Translations under genes and position numbers: made by a program
Shown here: positions 28,906 through 39,234 of the stretch, piece by piece
Layout: every line of letters begins with the position of its first letter
Position numbering within the stretch: position 1 is the stretch's first letter
Notes under the pieces: model-generated
What the model was told of the DNA's origin: nothing
What the model saw: only the letters and a program-made list of their open reading frames with translations
Database searches by the model: none
Assembly (NCBI GenBank): GCA_002009975.1
Contig: MTLP01000036.1
Location: 13,563 to 77,562, forward strand
DNA length: 64,000 nucleotides
Source: Thermococcus sp. JdFR-02
Lineage (GTDB): Archaea; Methanobacteriota_B; Thermococci; Thermococcales; Thermococcaceae
Reading direction: 5' to 3'

Positions 28906-29598
28906 ATGATAAGGCTAATCTCTTTTGATGTCTGGAACACTCTGCTGGATATTAACTTGATGCTTAAAGCTTTAGGAAAAGCCCTTGCAGAAATAATCGA
29001 GACAGAAGAAAAGGATGTGTTTGAAAAAATCATGAACGCAAGGAGACAAATCAAAGAACAGAGAAAAAATAAGATTGGAATTCCAGAGAGAGCTTTAGAG
29101 GAGAGCCAAGAGCTTTTAGCAAAGATTTTAGGAGTAGATGTTGAAATAGTGAAAAGAGCCGCAGCAAAAGCAGTCCTAAACGTTGATTCCAAAATAGTGT
29201 TAGATGACGTAAAAGAGACGCTCAAAAGTCTAAAAGAGCAAAATTACACAATAATAACCCTCGGAAATGTAATGTTCTGGCCCTCCTCATATACACGTTT
29301 GATCCTTGAGAAGTTTGACTTAGCTGATTACATAGACAAGCAATTCTATTCCGATGAGCTTAAGGCTTACAAACCTATGAAAGAAGTGTTCCTAAAGCCT
29401 TTGAGATACTTTAAGGTTTCTCCAAGTGAGGCTGTTCATGTTGGAGATACAAAGGCAGAGGATTTTGAAGGTGCTTTAAGTTCTGGACTTTATGCTATTT
29501 GGATAAATCCAAATGCCCAAACCGTTGAAAAAATAGCGGAAAAAGGATTCGTCATTAGAAGTTTAAGAGACGTGTTAAATGTGCTAGATGAAATGTGA
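28906..29598 (+). CDS. HAD-family hydrolase
   Basis: FDVWNTL, KP, HVGD...D. Confidence 0.9.
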   Translation: MIRLISFDVWNTLLDINLMLKALGKALAEIIETEEKDVFEKIMNARRQIKEQRKNKIGIPERALEESQELLAKILGVDVEIVKRAAAKAVLNVDSKIVLDDVKETLKSLKEQNYTIITLGNVMFWPSSYTRLILEKFDLADYIDKQFYSDELKAYKPMKEVFLKPLRYFKVSPSEAVHVGDTKAEDFEGALSSGLYAIWINPNAQTVEKIAEKGFVIRSLRDVLNVLDEM

Positions 29599-29604
29599 TA
29601 GCCT

Positions 29605-30948
29605 CTATTTAAAATCTCCCAAGTCAAAGGTTAAAGCTCCACTGATCTTCTCTTTTTTCTCCAATCTCTTTGCTATTATTCCAAAATAATGCTCATAATC
29701 TCTAAGCCCTACCAATTCAGCCCTCCTCTCCAATCTCTTTAAAATCTTCTTTGCTTCTTTAAAGCTTAAGTCCCTCCATTTAATTTCGACAAAAAGAACT
29801 TTCTTTTCTTTGTCATTTAGACCAATCAAATCAATTTCTTCCCCTTTATGCCACCACTTTCCAATTTTTGTAAATCTAAACGGCAAAGAACTCCCACGGT
29901 TAAGCTCAATCAGAAACTCCTTCGCAATTCTTTCAAAGGGTTTTCCTAAAAATTGGTTAAAGTTAGCTTCAAAATCCTCTAAGGCACCATCAATGAAGTC
30001 ACTTTCAATTTCCTCGTAGTAGGGATTTACAAAGCGAGACCAGAAGAGAAAGTAGTTATCGCTTATCTCATAAATTCCCCGCTTTCCAAATAGAGGTGTT
30101 ACCCTCTCAACTATACCAAGCTCACCCAAAATTCTGAGATACGGCACAATCTGATTTTCCTTCATATAGCAGAAGTTTGCAATTTGCGTTACCTTTGTGT
30201 TCCCTTTAGCTATTGCCTCTAAAATAGCTAAATAAACGGAAAGTTCTCTAAGTTCCTCACTCAACAAAGCTCTTGCTTCCCTAAATAAAAAAGCTGAGGA
30301 GTTGAAAAAGTTAGCTTTAATTTCGTCTTCAACATTTTTTCCGCTGAAGAACTCTAAGTATTTTGGTGTTCCATTTGTTACTGCATAAATTTTCACCAAA
30401 TTTTCAATACTGGAATCAAACCACTCGAAAAGATGCCTAAACTTTAAAGGCTGAACCTTAATGTTTGCATCACTCCTTCCATAAACTGGGCTGGAATATG
30501 TGAAGAACTCCCTCTCCAACAGAGAAACATAGGAGCCTGAGATTACTATAAGAGCATTAAGATCTTTGTTTTCTTCAATTGCTCTTGAAATCTCACTTAA
30601 AACTCCACCCTCCTTTTTGATCAGGTACGAAAACTCATCCAAGATTATTAAGATTCTCTCACCACCAAGCCGTTTTAGAAGATTGAATAATGATGCAAAA
30701 TCTCTAACCTCAACGCTGAATCCCAAAAACTCTGAAACTCTTTGAGACAAAAGCTTAAAGTTATACTCTCTCGGTTTATCCTCAAAGATCACAAATATTC
30801 TTTTTTTGTCTTTTGAAAACTCCTCCAAAAGTCTTGTCTTTCCAACTCTTCTTCTACCGTAAACTAAAACAAGTGTTATCCCCTCTTTTTTCCACAGTTC
30901 TTCAAGAGTTCTAGCTTCATCTTTTCGATCAACAAATTTTCTAATCAT
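29605..30948 (-). CDS. Archaeal ATPase (ATPase_2) with wHTH and C-terminal DUF234 / restriction-like domain
   Basis: FVDR..E, YGRRRVGKT, LDEF, DNYFLFW.RF, G..FE, KWW..EEID, VEIKW. Confidence 0.92.
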   Translation of the reverse strand: MIRKFVDRKDEARTLEELWKKEGITLVLVYGRRRVGKTRLLEEFSKDKKRIFVIFEDKPREYNFKLLSQRVSEFLGFSVEVRDFASLFNLLKRLGGERILIILDEFSYLIKKEGGVLSEISRAIEENKDLNALIVISGSYVSLLEREFFTYSSPVYGRSDANIKVQPLKFRHLFEWFDSSIENLVKIYAVTNGTPKYLEFFSGKNVEDEIKANFFNSSAFLFREARALLSEELRELSVYLAILEAIAKGNTKVTQIANFCYMKENQIVPYLRILGELGIVERVTPLFGKRGIYEISDNYFLFWSRFVNPYYEEIESDFIDGALEDFEANFNQFLGKPFERIAKEFLIELNRGSSLPFRFTKIGKWWHKGEEIDLIGLNDKEKKVLFVEIKWRDLSFKEAKKILKRLERRAELVGLRDYEHYFGIIAKRLEKKEKISGALTFDLGDFK

Positions 30949-30969
30949 GATTATATAATCGTGATTATA
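30942..30969. promoter_or_regulatory. Tandem palindromic operator overlapping the ATPase start codon
   Basis: TAATCATGATTA followed by TATAATCGTGATTATA. Confidence 0.55.
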
Positions 30970-31003
30970 GTTTTTAAAAATTTCGGCTGAAAATTCAGAA
31001 AAA

Positions 31004-31107
31004 TCAAACTAAATGTGAATCCACGTAGTTTTTAGCGACCTCGTATTGCTTAACATCAGAGGTATAAAGCTCACCTCTCAATTTTTCTGCTAAGCAATGA
31101 GCAAAGC
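31004..31107 (-). pseudogene. 3' remnant of a VapC/PIN toxin gene
   Basis: AHCLAEKLRGELYTSDVKQYEVAK matches the PIN C-terminal LA...L.T.D motif; its 5' part is replaced by the repeat element. Confidence 0.65.
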
Positions 31108-31209
31108 GAGCCGATGTAGGAAGAAAAAGCAAGGAGAACAGGGGACGAAGTTCCCTCAGGGGGGTAGGTAAGATAGAGATGGAAGGAGTTCTCCCCTCCC
31201 TCTCCTGCC
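31108..31209. repeat. Short dispersed structured element, copy A (102 bp)
   Basis: Shares first 12 nt GAGCCGATGTAG and last 11 nt CCTCTCCTGCC with 42580-42656. Confidence 0.75.
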
Positions 31210-34014
31210 TCACCTCTTCGACTTAAACCAAGCATCCAATCCCATTTGTTTTGTCTTTTGATACTCTAAATCCTTCTCCTTATATCCAAAAGCCTCTAAA
31301 ATCCTAAGCACGGCTGGAAGAACTTGATTGTGGATGTAGTAGTCTGGATCGTATTTGTGCTTCTTTGGGTCATATTCATCTAAAAGAATTGCCCTATCGC
31401 TTATTTTTTTATCTCCCCTAAGAACCACATAATTTATAATCATTCCAGGCTTAACTTTAACCCCTTTAGCTTTTAAACGCTTAGCTATGGCTATATGAGG
31501 ACCCGTTGCCTTATATGCGCTCAGTTCTCTCGTTATTTGTTCATAAATTACAAGCTTTTCCACTGGAACTCTATAATTCGCTAAATCCTCAACAACTTGC
31601 TTAACAATCTTTACGGCCTTCTCAACACTACCATCCTTTAGAATTGCCTCCAGAACTTTAGCTTGTGTCTCTTTTGCTATTGCACTCCAATCTCTTCTCA
31701 CAACTTCCAAGCCACGTGTGGTTATCCTCCCCTCTTCATCAATAACAGCGTAGCGTTTCTTTGTAACAAAGAACCCTCTTGTGTAAAATCCTTCAAACTC
31801 GAGCTCAAGCATTCCTGGGAGTTTCGAGTTTATATACTTCAAAAACTCCTTAGCTTTTTGCTTAATGGCTTCGGGCTTTTCTCCTGGAAGTGTGGCATAG
31901 AATCCATCTGTATTGTGAACCAAAATTCCATTTGCAAAGAATCTATGCGTATCTTCGACTTCAATGTCATAAACATAATCTTTGTATTCGATCTCTATGA
32001 CAGAAGTAACATCGCTAAATATGATCTCCCCATCATTATACAATATTAACTTCATGTTGTCATTAAGATTAATCGGTTTTGCTTCAACAAATTTTCCATC
32101 TTTATAAACAATTATGCTATGATCTTCAGTAACATCAACGTACTTTTCACCACTAAACACTCTATACATCTTTTTTCTGGCTAGATGTCTCATGACATAT
32201 GGAACTTTCTTCCAAACCAGCTTACCATTATCATTTAGCGTTAGCGCTTCAACATCTTGTAGAGTACAATACTCTTTTTCCCCAAGCTTATACTCAACAT
32301 TCTTAAACAAATCCTCGATTTTCACGAATTTTACTTCTCCTTTTTCCCTGATTATTACTTCTGTATCTCCAGAAACGCTGTCCGCATAAAGCACTTTAAA
32401 GCCCCAATTTTCAATCTCCTTGATCGTGGTTTCTATGTAGTATCTTCCCCAAGCCGTAACACTTTCTGCAGACTCTTTTGAATACCATCTTGCCTTAGGA
32501 TAACCCATATAACCGTAGAAACTATTAGCTAGGATCTTTAGAGCTCTCTGCCTATAATCGAGCATTTTTTGTTCAACACCACTTGTCTCTTTCATCTTCT
32601 TCTTAACAGCTTGCCTTTCCTCTATCAAGCTCTTTAGAATACTTGGTATAAATCCCGGAAAATCTTTGCAGAACCTATATCCAACTATTGGAGCTTTGTC
32701 ATAATTTTTACAACCTTCTCTTTCTAAAGTATCGGGAGAAATGTTGTGTTCGACTATAATTGAGGGGTAAAGAGCTCTAAAGTCTAAATAAACTATGTTC
32801 CCCCACAATCCTCTCTCTGGCTCTTTAACGTATCCTCCAATATACGTTGTTCTTAATCTTCTTTGATATTCCTCATTGCTCGGTTTATTTGGTGCTAACT
32901 CATTCTTTTGATACGCGATTCTTAGTAGAAACCACTCAACTAAATTACCTGTGCTTGATCTTGAAACGTCCCAAACGCTTTGGGCAATAAGCTTTGAAAG
33001 CTCAGCTTCCATTGGAAAGAACTCTTTGCCGAGTTCATAAGTTGCTTTAGCATCTTCCATCGAGTATTGGGCTAAAGCTTTCATTCCTTCTCTGCTTTCC
33101 CAAATCATGCTTATCTCTTCAGCCTGGAGCTTTGTTTTCTTTTTTCCCAAAACAGCTTCATAAACAGCCTCAAGCGTATAATGTGGCAAATTTACCGTTC
33201 TTCTAACAACGGGGAACAGATCAAAGTGTATTCTCCCCTTAATCTCAACGGCAAATCTGTTGCCCATTCTTTCAATTTTTGGTTCGCTGTTCTCTTTATC
33301 CCTTCCAAGCATTAACTTAACACCAAGCTTTCTAGCCCTCTTAACAAGGTAAGGCACGTCAAAGTTGTCACCATTGTAGGTTATCAAAACATCTGGATCT
33401 TTTTCTCTCACTATTTGAACGAAACGCTTTATCATTTCCCTCTCGCTTGAAACGACCTCTACATATGGCAGATCAATCTTCTTCCAAGTGATAACTTTGG
33501 CTTCTTCTTCATCTGCATAGCTTATCATTATTATTTGCCCTTCCCCAAATTCCTGCCCCTCTGTGTAGAAGGTCTCGATATCAAAAGCCATTAGCTTAAG
33601 CTTTTCATCTCCTTCCATTGGTACTAAGTTTTTATCAATCAAATAGCGCTTTGCAAAAGGAATATCATACTCAAATATGTCAATAACTGCTGGATGTTCC
33701 CTAATTTTGTTTCTAATAGCTGGAACGTCTTGAGGATGTTGAAAAATCAGCTTCCAGACTTCAATTGGCTTTCCCAAGAATTTCTTTTGAACCTTTTCTG
33801 CTTTTACAATCTTAACAACTTTTCCATGTCTCTCTCCAGTTATTTTCTTAACCTCTTCAATCGCACTATCGTCTTTTAGAAGGGCATAAATGTAAGGCTG
33901 AAAATCCCTATCGTACTCAATCTTAAATTCCCCATTTTCAATCTTAAAAATCCTAATCACAGGTTTTCCATTTTCAGTGACATAGTCAGTATCAATTATC
34001 ACAATTCCCACCAT
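31210..34014 (-). CDS. polB: Family B DNA polymerase with one mini-intein
   Basis: FDIET exonuclease [31 protein letters not shown]|intein|TDG, C-terminal PIP box QMGLDAWF. Confidence 0.98.
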   Translation of the reverse strand: MVGIVIIDTDYVTENGKPVIRIFKIENGEFKIEYDRDFQPYIYALLKDDSAIEEVKKITGERHGKVVKIVKAEKVQKKFLGKPIEVWKLIFQHPQDVPAIRNKIREHPAVIDIFEYDIPFAKRYLIDKNLVPMEGDEKLKLMAFDIETFYTEGQEFGEGQIIMISYADEEEAKVITWKKIDLPYVEVVSSEREMIKRFVQIVREKDPDVLITYNGDNFDVPYLVKRARKLGVKLMLGRDKENSEPKIERMGNRFAVEIKGRIHFDLFPVVRRTVNLPHYTLEAVYEAVLGKKKTKLQAEEISMIWESREGMKALAQYSMEDAKATYELGKEFFPMEAELSKLIAQSVWDVSRSSTGNLVEWFLLRIAYQKNELAPNKPSNEEYQRRLRTTYIGGYVKEPERGLWGNIVYLDFRALYPSIIVEHNISPDTLEREGCKNYDKAPIVGYRFCKDFPGFIPSILKSLIEERQAVKKKMKETSGVEQKMLDYRQRALKILANSFYGYMGYPKARWYSKESAESVTAWGRYYIETTIKEIENWGFKVLYADSVSGDTEVIIREKGEVKFVKIEDLFKNVEYKLGEKEYCTLQDVEALTLNDNGKLVWKKVPYVMRHLARKKMYRVFSGEKYVDVTEDHSIIVYKDGKFVEAKPINLNDNMKLILYNDGEIIFSDVTSVIEIEYKDYVYDIEVEDTHRFFANGILVHNTDGFYATLPGEKPEAIKQKAKEFLKYINSKLPGMLELEFEGFYTRGFFVTKKRYAVIDEEGRITTRGLEVVRRDWSAIAKETQAKVLEAILKDGSVEKAVKIVKQVVEDLANYRVPVEKLVIYEQITRELSAYKATGPHIAIAKRLKAKGVKVKPGMIINYVVLRGDKKISDRAILLDEYDPKKHKYDPDYYIHNQVLPAVLRILEAFGYKEKDLEYQKTKQMGLDAWFKSKR
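31912..32379 (-). mobile_element. 156-aa mini-intein (no homing endonuclease) in the PolB YADTDG (pol-c) site
   Basis: Starts SVSGDT, block B VTEDHS, block F VYDIEV, ends ILVHN followed by Thr; no LAGLIDADG. Confidence 0.95.
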
Positions 34015-34066
34015 AAATAGCTATGATTTTTGTTAAGATAAACTTTATCTCATTAAGCATTTTTAA

Positions 34067-34696
34067 TTATAAGCCTTCTTTAACCAAAGGCTTCCTCTTT
34101 ATCGGTCCTTTTGGATATTCTTCCTCAAATATCTCTGCTGTAAACTTGTAAACCTTGGTGTCCTTATCTAACCAACAATCTAATGGCAATCCTGCTTTCC
34201 AACAAGTTTGGCTCAAGAACTCTTCCTCATCCCATCCCCATTCAATTGGAACTTGAGGTAGCAAAAGTCCAGAGTATATGCCTTTTTCAACTATTAATCC
34301 ATCCCTACCCACCTTGATTTTCTTTGGTCTCTCTTCAGGCTTTCCATCTATTAATTCAGGAGGAGTTAGCACACTAACTTCAATTGCCAAGTTATCAAGT
34401 TCATGTAGTTCAACAGGTGGAAAGCGTGGGTCATCTACCGCTGCATAGATGGCTGCTTTTATTGTTGCTTTAACCAGCGGATAAAGCGGTAACGGGAAGC
34501 CAATACAACCTCTCAAGGCTACTTGATGAGGAACGTTAAAACGATTAAGCGTGACAAATACTCCCATTTTTTCCCAGAGTTCTTGAGGTGTATCTTCTGG
34601 AGGAGAAATTTCTTTCCCGGTTTTTAAATATTCCTCAATTGCCTTCCTTGCTAGTCTTACTAAAAACTCCCCATGTTCATCTTTAATCTTATACAT
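34067..34696 (-). CDS. AMMECR1-domain protein
   Basis: GVFVTL, LRGCIG, DPRF, EVSVL, GLLLPQV, KAGL. Confidence 0.93.
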   Translation of the reverse strand: MYKIKDEHGEFLVRLARKAIEEYLKTGKEISPPEDTPQELWEKMGVFVTLNRFNVPHQVALRGCIGFPLPLYPLVKATIKAAIYAAVDDPRFPPVELHELDNLAIEVSVLTPPELIDGKPEERPKKIKVGRDGLIVEKGIYSGLLLPQVPIEWGWDEEEFLSQTCWKAGLPLDCWLDKDTKVYKFTAEIFEEEYPKGPIKRKPLVKEGL

Positions 34697-34784
34697 CTTT
34701 ACCCCCTTAGTCTTTTTAATCTCAAGTGTATATAACGATAACTAACCGTAAGATTTAAATTATTGCCGATTAAAAGATAGTCAG

Positions 34785-35099
34785 GTGTCGAAAGTGAGCG
34801 TTATCATAGAATTCGTCATAGTTCCCCTTGGTGAGCTAAGCTTGAGCAGATACGTAGCTGAAGTAGTAAAGCTTTTAGAGAAGAAAGGCGTAAAGTATCA
34901 ACTGACACCTATGTCAACGATTATTGAAGTCTCGAGTGTGAGTGAGGGCTTTAAAATCATTGAAGAAGCCCACGAGTTGATGTTTAAGCTTGGGGTAAAA
35001 AGGGTTTCAACAACTATAAGGATTGATGATAGAAGAGATAAGAGAAGGCACATGGAAGATAAAATAAAATCCGTGCTGGAAAAAGCCCAGGAGGGTTGA
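34785..35099 (+). CDS. MTH1187/YkoF thiamine-binding family protein
   Basis: [30 protein letters not shown]. Confidence 0.88.
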   Translation: MSKVSVIIEFVIVPLGELSLSRYVAEVVKLLEKKGVKYQLTPMSTIIEVSSVSEGFKIIEEAHELMFKLGVKRVSTTIRIDDRRDKRRHMEDKIKSVLEKAQEG

Positions 35100-36241
35100 A
35101 AATTAAAGTATTGATACTCTGCATTGATAGAGATGATGATTTTGGTAGCAAAGCTGGTGTTAAAGGTCCCGTTATTGGAAGGAAAGCTTGTGTAGATGCG
35201 GCTCTAAAGCTTAGCTTGGCTGATCCCGAAGATAGCGATGCTAATGTTGTTTATGCCGGTGTTAAACTTTATGATGATTTAAAGGAAAACAAGGAGTTTG
35301 AAGATGTTGAAGTTGCTTTAATCACAGGTCATCCAGATGTGGGTGTTAAAAGCGATTTAGAATTAAATAGACAATTAGAGGAAGTTTTGAAGAAGTTCCC
35401 TGCAGATGGTGTTATTCCCGTTACTGACGGTGCAGAAGATGAGCAGGTCTTTCCAATAATAACCTCAAGAATACCAATTATAAGCTCTCGTAGGGTGGTT
35501 GTTAAGCAAAGCGAAAGCATCGAAACAACTTATTACATGATTTATCGTTATTTAAAGGAGATTTTAAGCGATCCAGAAGCAGCAAAAATTGTTTTTGGCA
35601 TTCCAGGTTTGATTGTCCTTCTTTATGGAATAGCAAAACTCATTTCAATCAAATATCCTGAAAGCGTTAACATAGTCTCCTCAACTGTAGCAGGAACTAT
35701 CCTCTTGATAGTAGGTGGTTATGCTTTTATGAAAGGTTTTAAGGTGCACATAGCACTAAGAGAAAGTATTAGCAAAGGACTTATTACACTAATCTCAATA
35801 GTTGCAGGATTGTTTATAATCTTTGCTGGAGCTGTAAACGTCTACTTCACTTTTGGAACGCTTGCAGAGAGCAAAATGGGATTAATTCCCGTAACTCCCC
35901 TTATACAGGGGATATTATACATCAACCTCATAAACACACCCTTAATCCTTGGACTTGGGGTTATGATATCTGGAAGAATCCTTCAAGCATATCTAAAGAA
36001 AGATCCCCATATTTGGTATTATACAGCTGGATTGGTAATGCTACCCGCTCTTTGGATCACTATAGATTTAACAACAAGCTATGCGATAGCGATAGTATCT
36101 CCATCTCTACTTGTGTTCTTCAAGAAATTTATGATAGCCGTTTTAGATGTCGCATTAGGAACCTTAATTAGTGTCTATTTGAGAGAAAAGGTTAAAGGAT
36201 GGGAAAAAGTTGAAATTGGAAAGAGCGTTGAGGGAGTATGA
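35096..36241 (+). CDS. DUF373-family membrane protein
   Basis: [37 protein letters not shown]-terminal TMs. Confidence 0.88.
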   Translation: MKIKVLILCIDRDDDFGSKAGVKGPVIGRKACVDAALKLSLADPEDSDANVVYAGVKLYDDLKENKEFEDVEVALITGHPDVGVKSDLELNRQLEEVLKKFPADGVIPVTDGAEDEQVFPIITSRIPIISSRRVVVKQSESIETTYYMIYRYLKEILSDPEAAKIVFGIPGLIVLLYGIAKLISIKYPESVNIVSSTVAGTILLIVGGYAFMKGFKVHIALRESISKGLITLISIVAGLFIIFAGAVNVYFTFGTLAESKMGLIPVTPLIQGILYINLINTPLILGLGVMISGRILQAYLKKDPHIWYYTAGLVMLPALWITIDLTTSYAIAIVSPSLLVFFKKFMIAVLDVALGTLISVYLREKVKGWEKVEIGKSVEGV

Positions 36242-37274
36242 AAAAAAGAAAAATGAAATTGAGAAGCGTAGAAACAAGCTTAAAGATGAGTACTCAAAAA
36301 AGGTTTCTAAGAGTATTGGTGAAATCCTAAAGTACCTGGAAAAGCTCGAGAAAAAGGAAATTCCAAAGAACATTGATGAAAGAATTAAAAAGATTGCAGA
36401 AGTTGAAAAGAGGAACTATGTGGAAACCCTACGCCGAACACTAACAAACATAAAGGGAATAGATGATTTGGGAAAATTTCTCCCAGAGCTTTCAAAGTTC
36501 CATGTAGGTCATGGAAAATACCTCCTCATAGTTTTTGAAAAGGACATTTTTACAATAAACAAACACCTAAAATCCCTCTCAACTATGTATTCCGACTACC
36601 TAAGGAAGCTTGAAAGTTTAAGGTTGGAGAACATTCCAATAAAAGAGATACTCGATGAAATGGGCAATATAAAAAAGAGCATTAGTATTGAAGAAAAAGA
36701 GCTTGAAAGACTTAAAGCAGATGAGAAAACTATGAACAAAAGGTTTGAGGAGCTGATGAGAGAAAAAGAACTTGAAAAGCTGGAGAATGAGATAAAAGAG
36801 CTCAAGTCAAGACTTGAGAGCAAAGAGATCGAAATAAGATCAAAAGTCTCTCAGTTGAAGAGACCAATAAAGAGAAGCAGAATTGGAGAAAAAGTTGCAA
36901 AAGAGATCATAAAAGACAGTGCTTATGCAATTACACATCCAGAAGAATTTTTGGAATTTTTAAACAAGATGCTTGACAAGTTTGAAGGGAAGTATAGAAA
37001 GACTGCTGAATGGCTTATAGAGAACTTGAATAAAGAGGTAGAAGAGATAAGGACTGAAAGGGAAGAGTTAAGCAAGTTGGAAGACATGAAGAAAGATGCT
37101 ACTAAAGAACTTGAAGAGTTTGAGAGAGAAATCAAAAAACTGAAAGAGAAAATAAAGGAGAGAGAAGAATATATAAAAAGGCTGAAGAAGAAACTCTTAG
37201 ACCTTGAAAATGAGTTGCAAAAATCAATTTCAAGACTTGAAAGCTTGCTCAAGACTAAGATTAATTTTCAATAA
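36210..37274 (+). CDS. Coiled-coil hypothetical protein
   Basis: E/K-rich heptad pattern; co-oriented and overlapping DUF373. Confidence 0.75.
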   Translation: MKLERALREYEKKKNEIEKRRNKLKDEYSKKVSKSIGEILKYLEKLEKKEIPKNIDERIKKIAEVEKRNYVETLRRTLTNIKGIDDLGKFLPELSKFHVGHGKYLLIVFEKDIFTINKHLKSLSTMYSDYLRKLESLRLENIPIKEILDEMGNIKKSISIEEKELERLKADEKTMNKRFEELMREKELEKLENEIKELKSRLESKEIEIRSKVSQLKRPIKRSRIGEKVAKEIIKDSAYAITHPEEFLEFLNKMLDKFEGKYRKTAEWLIENLNKEVEEIRTEREELSKLEDMKKDATKELEEFEREIKKLKEKIKEREEYIKRLKKKLLDLENELQKSISRLESLLKTKINFQ

Positions 37275-37316
37275 GTTTATATTTTAGGGCAACCTAATTT
37301 TTTATTGGTGGGAGGT

Positions 37317-38162
37317 ATGATCAAGCCAGACAAGTTAAGATTTGGAACAGCCGGAATTCCAATTTCAACGCGCAAACCTTCAACCATAGAAGGAATAAAA
37401 AGGGTTAGAGAGCTAGGTTTAGATGCTATGGAAATTGAATTCGTTAGAGGAGTTAATTTAAAACCAGAAATGGCTAAAAAGATTAAATATGTGGCTAGAG
37501 AGAATGATGTTCTCTTAACAGCACATGCTCCCTATTACATAAATCTAAATGCAAGGGAAAAGGCAAAAGTTGAAGCAAGTAAGAAGAGAATATTAGACAG
37601 CGCTAGGCGATTATACGATGCTGGTGGTTATAGTGTTGTCTTTCATGCGGGTTATTACTTAAAACAAGAGCCTAAAATAGTTTATGAACGGATTAAAAAT
37701 GAAATTAAAGACATTGTAAGGATTCTCCAAGATGAAGGAATAAGGCTTTGGGTAAGACCAGAGCTAACAGGAAAACCAACACAGTTTGGAAATTTGAGGG
37801 AGTTAATAAAACTAAGCCAAGATATTGAAATGGTCTTACCTGCTATCGACTTTGCCCATGCCCATGCAAGGGAAAAAGGAAAGTGCAACACTGTTGAAGA
37901 GTGGCGAGAAATGCTCTCCCTAATAGAGCAAGAGCTTGGAAGGGAAGCACTAAACAACATGCACATCCACATAAGCGGAATAAACTATGGAGAAAAGGGG
38001 GAGAAAAATCACCTTAATTTGCAAGAGAGCGATTTGAAGTGGGAAGACCTGCTCAGGATTCTTAAGGAATTCAAAGTTAAGGGTGTTGTAATAAGTGAAA
38101 GCCCAAACATTGAAGGAGATGCAATCTTAATGAAGAAGAAATACAGGGAAATAAGAATTTAG
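37317..38162 (+). CDS. nfo: Endonuclease IV (AP endonuclease 2)
   Basis: HAPYYINL, FHAG, ELTGK, DFAHAHAR, HIHISG, H..L, ESP. Confidence 0.92.
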   Translation: MIKPDKLRFGTAGIPISTRKPSTIEGIKRVRELGLDAMEIEFVRGVNLKPEMAKKIKYVARENDVLLTAHAPYYINLNAREKAKVEASKKRILDSARRLYDAGGYSVVFHAGYYLKQEPKIVYERIKNEIKDIVRILQDEGIRLWVRPELTGKPTQFGNLRELIKLSQDIEMVLPAIDFAHAHAREKGKCNTVEEWREMLSLIEQELGREALNNMHIHISGINYGEKGEKNHLNLQESDLKWEDLLRILKEFKVKGVVISESPNIEGDAILMKKKYREIRI

Positions 38163-38223
38163 CATTTTCAATTTTGACATGTTTCTTCAGCTTTGTAGTC
38201 CAAAAGGATAAATTTCAAAAACT

Positions 38224-38928
38224 TTAACCCTTGAGGTCAACTACCTCAAACGAGTCGTATGCTAAATCTATAATCAAAAGTTTGTTGGTTAAGAGTTCTC
38301 CACACTTAACTATGAGCTTAACTACCTCTGCTGCTTCAATTGTTCCAATAATACCCGCTATTGGTGCAAAAATTGGAGATTTTTCTCTTTTCCCCCTAGG
38401 AGGGTTTGGAAATATATCCCTTAAGCTTTCTGTTTTTCCTGGAACTATTGTCGTAACCTGACCGTAAAAGCCACTAATAGCTGCATGAACCAGAGGAATA
38501 TTTTTTACCGTTGTATATTCGTCTAGAATGTAGCGAGTTTCAAAATTATCTACACAATCAACCACAACATCCACATCTTTCAAAACATCGTTGATATTCT
38601 CTCTTGTGAGCTTTCCAACGAAAATTTCAATCTTTATGTTGGAATTAAACTTCTCAAGCTTCCATTTAGCTGAAATTGCCTTTGGGTTCTTGTCTAAATC
38701 TTCTTCCCAGTGGAGGATCTGCCTATCCAAATTATTTAGCTCTGGTTTTTCCTCATCTATCAGCAAAAGTTTTCCTATACCTGCAGCAGCCAAATAGTAA
38801 GCTACTGGAGAGCCTAGTCCTCCAATCCCTACCACTGCTACTTTAGAATTTTTAAGTTTTTCTTGTCCTTTTGTGCCGATTATTTCAATTTCTCTGCTGT
38901 ATCTCTTCAATTCTTCTGCGCTTAACAC
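38224..38928 (-). CDS. ThiF/MoeB-family adenylyltransferase (E1-like)
   Basis: RYSR, VGIGGLGS, NLDRQILH, DCVDNFETR. Confidence 0.92.
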   Translation of the reverse strand: MLSAEELKRYSREIEIIGTKGQEKLKNSKVAVVGIGGLGSPVAYYLAAAGIGKLLLIDEEKPELNNLDRQILHWEEDLDKNPKAISAKWKLEKFNSNIKIEIFVGKLTRENINDVLKDVDVVVDCVDNFETRYILDEYTTVKNIPLVHAAISGFYGQVTTIVPGKTESLRDIFPNPPRGKREKSPIFAPIAGIIGTIEAAEVVKLIVKCGELLTNKLLIIDLAYDSFEVVDLKG

Positions 38929-39234
38929 TCCAATCACCTCGAGAGTAAAAGTAATATGATTATATCCGTCAAAGTTTTGATCTTATGAAGAGTCATGTCT
39001 TAGAAACCAAGAAGCAAAAAAAGCCGTAGAACCCAAATTGGCGCAATAAACGGAGAAACTCTCCATGACTTTCAAAAATTTTTCGAAACTATTTTTCACC
39101 CAATGTATATATTTTAAGCGAATTTTAGTCTATGAAGAAATTAGCTCCACTTGTATATAAGTGTTTATATGAAAAAAGCAAATAAAATTCTTGTAAGCAG
39201 AAAATTGCCACCATGGCTGTGAGATAATCCCTGC

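Noticed and set aside
31004-31213. 69-aa ORF overlapping the polB stop
   Set aside because: Chimera of the repeat element and a PIN-gene remnant; not treated as an intact gene
36210-37274. Possible SMC/Rad50-like protein
   Set aside because: Coiled coil only; no Walker motifs, hinge or Zn hook
38938-39234. About 300-bp intergenic region with a ~28-codon minus-strand ORF
   Set aside because: No recognisable motif, RNA boxes or repeat; insufficient support
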